Part shown: positions 9,024 to 16,251 of the stretch, in pieces
Layout: each line of letters starts with the position of its first letter
How positions within the stretch are numbered: the first letter of the stretch is position 1
Assembly: GCA_041666545.1 (NCBI GenBank)
Contig: JBAYGS010000001.1
Location: 21,805-85,804, forward strand
DNA from: Minisyncoccota bacterium
GTDB taxonomy: Bacteria > Patescibacteriota > Minisyncoccia > Phycocordibacterales > JBAYGS01
Direction: 5' to 3'
DNA: 64,000 bases
Position numbers and translations under genes: made by a program
The notes under the pieces: model-generated
What the model saw: only the letters and a program-made list of their open reading frames with translations
Databases searched by the model: none
What the model was told of the DNA's origin: nothing

Positions 9024-9902
9024 ATGCAGATTACAAGCGTCAGTGGCCGGACCTACCAGGTCGGCAAGCAGATTGGCCAAACCGAACATCACAGAATCTA
9101 CGAATGTACTCTTCCGGACGGTCAGCCGGCAATTCTCAAAATTGCTCTGGAGACCTCGGACAATTCTTCGCTCGACCACGAGGCCGTGATTATTAGAATC
9201 ATGACCGAAGAAGCCAAGCTTTTGGAAGCTGAATTTGCGGAGACTTCGGAAGCTAAAGAGCATCCGGAAATCCGACTGAATTACCACTTTTATTTCCCGG
9301 CCTTGATCGAAAGCTTTATTGCTGACGAGCAAGGTGGCCGGCGAATTAATGTGGTGGCTTTTCCGAATGTCGCGAAGAAATTGGTGGAGTTGGTGCCGAT
9401 TTTGCACCTGACTACCCGGGATCGGATCCGAATCGATCCGAGGACGAGCGCGTGGATACTCGGCAAACTTTTGAAGATGCTGGGGTTTACGCACAATCTT
9501 AACATCGAAATCGGCAATCTGTCGGGCGATAATATCTTGATCAATCGGGAGGGTCACTTTGTGGCAGTCTTCGATTGGACCGGGGCAAAATTCGCCGACG
9601 GAGCTCTTTCGGATGGCGTGAAAGCGAAAGAGATTTCGCAAGTGACTAGGGCGGTAGTCGTGGCCTTGGGTGGCGACCCGGAAACCGGCGAGCTACTCGA
9701 AGACGCACAGTTGCCTGATGAGAAATATCGGGAACTTCTCCAGAAATTGCTTAGCGAGGGTGAAGCCTCTGCCAAGCAAGCTCACGGAGATTTTTACCGG
9801 CTCGTCTATGGGCAGTGGCCGAGAGAGTATCATCCTTTCACGGCTTACCCATTGGATGAGTTCGGGGGTTCGGAAGAAACGGTGGAAGAGGAAGAAAAGT
9901 AA
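9024..9902 (+). CDS. protein-kinase-like fold protein (atypical kinase or pseudokinase)
   Basis: Gly-rich-loop-like YQVGKQIGQTEHHRIY plus AILKIA (VAIK-like Lys). A catalytic-loop-like GNLSGDNILINREG keeps Asp and Asn, and DWTGAK sits in place of DFG. The C-terminal tail is acidic. TTGACA-17-TATAAG promoter at 8958-8986 and GAAAGG SD. Confidence 0.6.
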   Translation: MQITSVSGRTYQVGKQIGQTEHHRIYECTLPDGQPAILKIALETSDNSSLDHEAVIIRIMTEEAKLLEAEFAETSEAKEHPEIRLNYHFYFPALIESFIADEQGGRRINVVAFPNVAKKLVELVPILHLTTRDRIRIDPRTSAWILGKLLKMLGFTHNLNIEIGNLSGDNILINREGHFVAVFDWTGAKFADGALSDGVKAKEISQVTRAVVVALGGDPETGELLEDAQLPDEKYRELLQKLLSEGEASAKQAHGDFYRLVYGQWPREYHPFTAYPLDEFGGSEETVEEEEK

Positions 9903-9965
9903 AACCAAAACCAATCTCAAGCAATCCAAAAACTGCTTGGGTCAAAAAAGAAAGGCAAGAAAGTT

Positions 9966-11120
9966 ATGGGTAAAGATAGAGGATCGACAGTTGTTTTTGA
10001 GCGGGCGGTAGCAACAATCCGATCAGCTGGTTCGGCAACCTCCAGAGGCGAACAGCGCCATCGGGAAGGCAGGGGCCTTCACAGACTGGTTGATCCGAAA
10101 GGGTTTGGCGCCGTCAGGCGCTCAATCAGCTGGCTGGAACCGAAAGGTAAGAAGTTTGTCTTGTTCCGCGGGACGGCGATGCTCGAGGAAACGCGTCTGG
10201 ATACTACCGGTTCAATGGGTAGCAATGTGGAAATCGCGATGAAGGTCCTGCCCAAGACGAACAAGCTTCTGGCCGAAGTGCCCGGCGCCGTTCTTGGTCG
10301 GTATGATACCCAGATGATCACTTCCATCTTCGCTGATGTCGATGATAGCTATGTGCTCTGTCGGTCGCAAGCCGAATTCGACGAGCGCATTGCCGAGCAG
10401 ATGACCTATATGGTGCCGGAGGGTCAAGGAGGCGACGATGACGAGGATCCGCAGTTTGGACTCTTCGGAGCCGCTTACCTCACTTGGTCGACGGCTGTGG
10501 AGTTGGGTCTCAGAACTTACGACTTCACGATTACCGACGCTTGTGGCCGCAATGCCAAGGAAAGGCGGCGGCCGGATCTCGACTATGACAAACTCCGAGA
10601 GGTGTTTGGTCAGGATGTCTTGGACAAAGTCCGGGAAAACGGCCACCCAATGAAGGAGGGCCAGTTGCCGAATACGCCCGAGATTGTGCGGGATCTTTTG
10701 AAGACTGCGCACGCCTTCGTGCTTCTGGTGGAGCCGGGGACATATGTTCGGGAGTATTGGCAGGAAATCTACGGTTCCGAACGGGTAGTGACCATTCCGC
10801 AGACCGAACTCTTGCCGGCTGTGAAAGCGGCGATTATCGGACTGACCGAAGGGACGCTTACTCTGCAATCGGTCGACCGGTTTCTGGTCGACAACGCGGA
10901 AATCGACACCTCGGATGCCAAGGCGATCCGACGGGCAGTTGCTCACATTCCGATCGGCGCCCAGGCGGCGCTCCCGAACTTCAAGCGGATTCCCATGAAG
11001 GGGGATCTCTTTGCGAAGAAGGGTGACCTCTGGCCGATTGGTTCGGATGTTCCAGACACGGCTGGGGCGGCTAAGCCCAAAGCTGATAAGCCTGGAAAAC
11101 CCGGCGGGATGTGGCTCTGA
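9966..11120 (+). CDS. hypothetical protein with a DxTGSMGS motif (possible MIDAS-like or ASKHA phosphate-1-like), Lys/Pro-rich C-terminal tail
   Basis: 384-aa ORF with AAAGAAAGG SD. Motif RLDTTGSMGSNVE near residue 80. Ends with a strong terminator at 11127-11160. Confidence 0.6.
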   Translation: MGKDRGSTVVFERAVATIRSAGSATSRGEQRHREGRGLHRLVDPKGFGAVRRSISWLEPKGKKFVLFRGTAMLEETRLDTTGSMGSNVEIAMKVLPKTNKLLAEVPGAVLGRYDTQMITSIFADVDDSYVLCRSQAEFDERIAEQMTYMVPEGQGGDDDEDPQFGLFGAAYLTWSTAVELGLRTYDFTITDACGRNAKERRRPDLDYDKLREVFGQDVLDKVRENGHPMKEGQLPNTPEIVRDLLKTAHAFVLLVEPGTYVREYWQEIYGSERVVTIPQTELLPAVKAAIIGLTEGTLTLQSVDRFLVDNAEIDTSDAKAIRRAVAHIPIGAQAALPNFKRIPMKGDLFAKKGDLWPIGSDVPDTAGAAKPKADKPGKPGGMWL

Positions 11121-11126
11121 AAAACT

Positions 11127-11160
11127 GGGGTGGCGACTGCTTAAGTCGCCACCCCTTTCT
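11127..11160 (+). terminator. intrinsic terminator
   Basis: ggggtggcgac-tgcttaa-gtcgccacccc followed by a T-rich tract. Confidence 0.7.
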
Positions 11161-11208
11161 AAAATCAATTTCCAACTTCCACTAAATCTCCAACAAGAAA
11201 GGTAAAGG

Positions 11209-12603
11209 ATGAAAAAGAAACAAGTCTTTACGGTGACAGATCTTGGTGGAGGCGACGGCGGTAAAGGCGGTGTTGTCCACAAGATTTGTGTTGCTAAGAA
11301 AGCGCATACCGTCATTAAAGCCGGTGGAGCGCAAGGTAGTCACGGAGTAAAAACTTCGGCTGGCCAGAGATTTAATTTCAGTCAGTTCGGTTGCGGGACT
11401 TTCGAGGGTGTTAAGACTTACCTGAGTAGTCTGATTGTAATCGAGCCACTGCGTCTACTCGCGGAAGCTGAAGAGCTCCAGTTTGAGTGGGGCATTGGGA
11501 ATGTCTGGAGTTATCTTACGGTAGATGATGAAGCACTTTGTGCGACCCCGTTTCATACCATCGCTTCTCGCTTACGCGAGTTGGCGAGGAAAGATAATCC
11601 CAAAGGCACGATTGGAGTCGGGATTGGCGAGGCTAAGCTTGATTCGGAAATTCACCCCGAACTCGCTATCTACGCCAAGGACCTTAATCAGTCGAGCCTA
11701 CGAGACAAACTTTGGGCCGTGAGGGAACAAAAACTTCTCGAGCTTGAAGAAATTATCGAAAATTCGGCTACTCTATGGACGGTTGATCAGGAAATGGCAC
11801 AGCGAGAAATCGATTTGATTCAGGACGAGGATTTCGTTGATTGGGTTGCCGATCAGTTTCGGCTGGTCGCGAGTCGGGTGAAGATTGTTGATCGAGATTT
11901 CTTGGTTAACGAGATTCTTTCGCCGGATGGTGTGGTTGTGGTCGAGAGTTCGCATGGGGTGCTGACAGATAAGTTTTACGGCTTTCACCCCAACACCTCG
12001 CGATTAAGAACCATTCCCCAAACGATTTGGAATTTTCTCCACGATCTCGGCTACGACGGTGAGGTTGTCAGGCTCGGGGTGACTCGGGCTTATCAAATTC
12101 GCCACGGCGCCGGTGCGATGGTGACGGAGGACCAAAGCTTTGTCGAGGAACTCCTGCCGGGCAGCAGTAAAGATGAAAATCGTTGGCAGGGAAAAGTCAG
12201 AGTTGGTCCGCTTGACCTCGTAGCCTTGCGCTATGCAATCGAAGTTTGCGGTGGTCCGCAAGTTTTCCACGGTCTGGCGATCAGTTGGTTTGACCAAATC
12301 AAATTGCTTGGTCGCTGGCCGATGTGTGACCGATATCTTGGGGCTGACGATCCGAATTTCTTCGGGCCGGACGGTCAGATCAAGGTTTCGCATCAGAGTG
12401 GTGACGAGCAATTGGTCCGCCAAGCCGAGTTGAGCAGACAGTTGTCTCTCTGTCGGCCGGAAATAACCAGTTTCGATCTCAAAGGTTTCGCCGATGAGAG
12501 GGAATTGGCCGGGTTATGCTCGGAGACACTTCTTAAGGCACTTGGTGTGCCGGTCAGAATGATCTCCTTCGGACCGACGGAAGCAGATAAAGTTCTTTTG
12601 TAG
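11209..12603 (+). CDS. adenylosuccinate synthetase (PurA)-family paralog, highly divergent
   Basis: Collinear matches to PurA along the full length. [12 protein letters not shown] vs [20 protein letters not shown] vs [19 protein letters not shown] vs [29 protein letters not shown] vs [34 protein letters not shown] vs YSTRVGAGPFPTE; C-terminus [13 protein letters not shown] vs ISTGPDRTETMIL. Several catalytic positions are substituted. Confidence 0.75.
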   Translation: [464 protein letters not shown]

Positions 12604-12618
12604 AGAAAAGTTTAGCTT

Positions 12619-12650
12619 GAGACCGGATTTGCCAAAATCCGGTCTCTTTT
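12619..12650 (+). terminator. intrinsic terminator
   Basis: gagaccggattt-gccaaa-atccggtctc followed by TTTT. Confidence 0.7.
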
Positions 12651-12779
12651 AATGCTCAAAAGACAAAATTAATTTGGGCCTTGACAATTATTGTCTATTA
12701 GTATATACCTAGAAAAGACGAAGAATCGCAAGGTTCTCGATCTTTCACAACAAACCAAAGAAAGAAAGGACAGTTAAGT

Positions 12780-14027
12780 ATGGAATCCAAAACAGAAGCT
12801 CCCGGTACTACGACCCCCGCGGCGGAGGCGAAGCCCGATTACTCGGCACTTTGGAATGAGCGGATCGGTCCGTTCGCCAATGCCGTTGGCAAGACAGTTG
12901 AGGAAGTTACGAATGCCCTGATGGGCGTGGTGGGGACGCCGAGCGAAGACGCTCTGGCTGCCCTCGGCAACAAGGATGACGCGCCGGATTCGGATATTCA
13001 AGCAGCCCTGTCGGCCCTGAAAATCCCCACGGCCATCTTCCGGCGTCACATTGCCAAGTTGCGTGGCGCCCCCCAAGTGGTGGCTTCGACGGCCAGTGCG
13101 GCTGGTCCGGCGATGCAGGCCCTGTCGGTTTTGCCTCAGGTGCCCGACGATAAATCGTTTATCGAGATGCTCAAGGTCGGCGGCGAACTCAAGATTGGTG
13201 TGGTCGAGGTTCTCTCGGCTGTGAAGGCCGGTTTTGCTCGGCGTACTGGACTCTTCGAACTTCCCGAGGCTTTGCTGGCCAAAATGGAGGAGTTCTCTGA
13301 AAATCAGTCGGAACCGTGTGGTGCCGATTTCTTCCGGCTCCAGAAGCTCATTGCCACCAAGTCGGCCGGTGATGTGTTGACGGCAATCGGTATCCCCGGA
13401 GCGTATGCGAACCAGACTCGTAAGCGGGCATTCTTTGCAAAGCTTGACGCTCATCTCTGGAAGGCCTTGCGCGGATTCAATAACCAGCTCATCGCCTGGC
13501 AGCAAAGTTATATGGCGACACTCAGTAATCCTGCCTTGTTGGTCGCGGCCATGAGCGGTGCAGTCGGCGGTGCTGGTATGGCGGCCCAGGGACTGATGGC
13601 TTTGCCTGACACGTCAGCTCTACGGGCAGGGGCGGAAGCGGTGATTGATGAAATCAACAAGGTCTTCGCTGGTCCCGGTATTCCGGTGGCGCGTGCTCTG
13701 GCGGCGGATGCGGATCGAATCCTGAAGATTCTGGAAGATCCGGCCCTGCCTGTTCAGCTCGGGGCGGCTACCAAGGAACAAATGATCAGGGACCTGCATA
13801 TTACGGTCGGCGCAGATTTGGTTCGGGCCGAGCAGAGCATCACTCGCTTTGCTTTGGCGACCATGTCTCTTAAGGACGTCCAAGCTGACATTGAACTCAC
13901 TTATCTGGGCGCGATGATTCAGCTTGGCGCGACCATTCCCTGGGACAAGCTCGAGACCGTGCCGGTCTCGGTTCCCGGGCGCGGGCGGTCCACGGCCGGT
14001 ATCGGTCGCACCGAAGAAGAGGATTAA
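12780..14027 (+). CDS. hypothetical Ala-rich protein
   Basis: 415-aa ORF with AAAGAAAGAAAGG SD and putative TTGACA promoter at 12671. About 17 percent Ala. No recognisable domain. Confidence 0.6.
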   Translation: MESKTEAPGTTTPAAEAKPDYSALWNERIGPFANAVGKTVEEVTNALMGVVGTPSEDALAALGNKDDAPDSDIQAALSALKIPTAIFRRHIAKLRGAPQVVASTASAAGPAMQALSVLPQVPDDKSFIEMLKVGGELKIGVVEVLSAVKAGFARRTGLFELPEALLAKMEEFSENQSEPCGADFFRLQKLIATKSAGDVLTAIGIPGAYANQTRKRAFFAKLDAHLWKALRGFNNQLIAWQQSYMATLSNPALLVAAMSGAVGGAGMAAQGLMALPDTSALRAGAEAVIDEINKVFAGPGIPVARALAADADRILKILEDPALPVQLGAATKEQMIRDLHITVGADLVRAEQSITRFALATMSLKDVQADIELTYLGAMIQLGATIPWDKLETVPVSVPGRGRSTAGIGRTEEED

Positions 14028-14097
14028 GTCCTCGTTTGTTGAATAAGAAGTTCTTGCAGTTGGGCGGCTCTCTACGAGAGCCGCCCTTTAAATTTGT

Positions 14098-16035
14098 CTA
14101 AATTTTCGGCAGGAAAACCTTTTTCAAAAACAGTTTGGTGGCGAGACGGCGGTAGCCCGAGTCCCAGAAGGTGCTGTCCGAATCGATGTCCCGAGAATTT
14201 TTAGTTTGGATTCCGCCTTGCTCCGGATAAAAGCGAGAATAGCCCTTGTGCATTAATCGATATTGTAATGAGTCGCGCTCGAGCTCTCTTAGCCAAGGTT
14301 CCTTGGCCCCATCATCAGCAGTCAGATAATTTGTTAGCAGTTTTTCATAAAGATCTTGCATTTCCTTTCGGTCGCCGCCCCAAACTCCACCAAAAAGAAC
14401 ATTCACGAAGGAACTGTCGCCCAAGAAATTGTCCGGGTTTTTGAAATCCCTAATTTGCACAGTTTCTCCTTTAGCTTCAAGCCAGAATTCCAATACGCCC
14501 CCTTTGATCTTGTGTGATTTTAAAATTGACTCGAGAGTTTTTTGAATTTCTCGTCTTTTCTCAAAATGAGTTTCTGGTTTAATAAAGACGGCTACGTCGA
14601 TATCGGCAAAATCAGTGCCGTAACCCTTGACCTTAGAGCCGTACATAATCGAGATTGGCAGGATAGACCTCGAAAGCTCTTCGCTAGTCTCAATCGCTTT
14701 GGCAATTTCCAAAAATTCTTTGGCAGTTTCTTGATCCGCAATTTTAAATTCTGCGCCGATTCTCGGTGTCCTAAGTCCGAGAGCCTCGAGCTTTTGACTG
14801 GAGATTACCCCGGAGTCTGCCAAGTGATATAAACTGGCCTCGATCAGCTCTTTGGTTTTTTTCTCGCGATGATCAAGTAGGTCGATAATTATCGGCTCAA
14901 GCTCCGCGTAGATTTTTGGGGCAACATCCGGGCTATTCGAAATAGACTTACCAAGGAATTTACCAAGTCCTCTTATGATGGCTAGTTTGAAAGGGGTGTT
15001 TCGGGTTGTCTTCGCGACCTGATCCAAATCACCAACCGAAAGGGTTTGCTTGATTAAAGCTGAATCAATTTGAGCGGCGGCAGTCTCTATAAGCTTTCTT
15101 TCGTCACGATCCTTTTGCCAAGCGATCCTGGCCTCCGGAATTTTTCCAGCCCGATCCGCGTGTCTTTTGTTAAGTGCCTCTAAATTAGCCTCGATTTGTT
15201 TGCCAAAACTATTCAACCAGTTGGCATCTCGCCCTGTTTTCACAACTTCCTCGGTCGGTAACTGTTCGCTCTGCTCGATCATTTTCGCCAGGTTAGCAAA
15301 GTCGGGGTTGTTTGATTTGGCAAGTCGGTCAAAGGTCTTCGCTGGCAGGAATCCGAGATCGGCTAAAACCGGAATGGCATCCATCAGGCTGTCGCTTAAG
15401 GTTTCATCTTCACTATTTTCCAAAAGATCGACAACCGTATCGGCCGTCAGTAAATTTTTCTCAACTAATTTGGGTACAAAATGGGCAGCCTTGATGACAC
15501 GGGGCAAAGGCTTGGATCGTAGCTCAACTTCCGGGATGTCGCCGTCGACAAAGTTGGCTCGAGTATCGGAGATTGTGAGCAGAGTTCGCCACTTTCTTAG
15601 GTAGGACTGGTTAAATTGTTTGGCGGCTCGGTCGAGCTCGGCGGACTCGGTTTTCAAATCGCTGGCTGGCAAAATTTCAAAAGGGAGATAAAGCAAAATT
15701 CGCTCGGCACCATTTTCAGTTTCGAGAAAATTTGAGAGCTCGTCATAAACTCTAGTCAAGACCTCCGGTTTGATCAGTTTTGATCTGAGGGCTTCGGCAA
15801 TTTCGACATCGGCATCAGGAATTGCTTCGAAAACTTTTTCCAGGTCAGCGGTGAGTTTGAGGCGGACCTCAGCTTCGTCTCTTAGTTTCTCGTTTTGCTT
15901 AACATCGGCCGGCCAAAGCGACTCCGGACTGTCGAGGCGGAGGAGTGATTCGCCGGGTGGTGGCGTCAGAGTGATTTTGGAGGCTTCATAACTCTCTTGG
16001 CTCTGGCCCGGGGATGATTTTTCGTGGCTAAACAT
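14098..16035 (-). CDS. large protein with C-terminal minimal nucleotidyltransferase (pol-beta superfamily) domain
   Basis: 645-aa ORF. C-terminal third carries the NTase fold signature YGSKVKGYGTDFADIDVAVFI (hG[GS]x9-13Dh[DE]h). N-terminal about 470 aa predicted helical. TTGCAA-17-TAAAAT promoter on the minus strand around 16050-16080. Confidence 0.65.
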   Translation of the reverse strand: MFSHEKSSPGQSQESYEASKITLTPPPGESLLRLDSPESLWPADVKQNEKLRDEAEVRLKLTADLEKVFEAIPDADVEIAEALRSKLIKPEVLTRVYDELSNFLETENGAERILLYLPFEILPASDLKTESAELDRAAKQFNQSYLRKWRTLLTISDTRANFVDGDIPEVELRSKPLPRVIKAAHFVPKLVEKNLLTADTVVDLLENSEDETLSDSLMDAIPVLADLGFLPAKTFDRLAKSNNPDFANLAKMIEQSEQLPTEEVVKTGRDANWLNSFGKQIEANLEALNKRHADRAGKIPEARIAWQKDRDERKLIETAAAQIDSALIKQTLSVGDLDQVAKTTRNTPFKLAIIRGLGKFLGKSISNSPDVAPKIYAELEPIIIDLLDHREKKTKELIEASLYHLADSGVISSQKLEALGLRTPRIGAEFKIADQETAKEFLEIAKAIETSEELSRSILPISIMYGSKVKGYGTDFADIDVAVFIKPETHFEKRREIQKTLESILKSHKIKGGVLEFWLEAKGETVQIRDFKNPDNFLGDSSFVNVLFGGVWGGDRKEMQDLYEKLLTNYLTADDGAKEPWLRELERDSLQYRLMHKGYSRFYPEQGGIQTKNSRDIDSDSTFWDSGYRRLATKLFLKKVFLPKI

Positions 16036-16251
16036 ATGAAGGAATTTTAAGCTTTAAGGCGCTAGATTGCAAACGAATCGGGTGCTTGCCGGGTTTACGA
16101 ATTCAACGAAACGAGTCGGGTTCTTGAACTTATGAAAATTTGCAAAGTCGATGTTGACATCCGTGGTAAATTAGTGTAATACGACTACAGGACGGGCTTG
16201 TTGGCCCATCTGTTCTACACAACAAACAAAGAGAAAGAAAGGAAAGTCATT

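Noticed and set aside
9966-11120. Calling the 384-aa protein a von Willebrand A domain protein on the basis of DTTGSMGS
   Set aside because: The motif resembles a MIDAS DxSxS, but the preceding strand is not hydrophobic as in vWA beta-1. An ASKHA phosphate-1 motif is an equally plausible reading, so the call was left as hypothetical.
10212-11315. 367-aa minus-strand ORF
   Set aside because: Antisense to the well-supported + strand gene 9966..11120 (SD, terminator). Pro/Arg/Ser-rich composition typical of antisense frames in GC-rich coding DNA. Crosses the + strand terminator.
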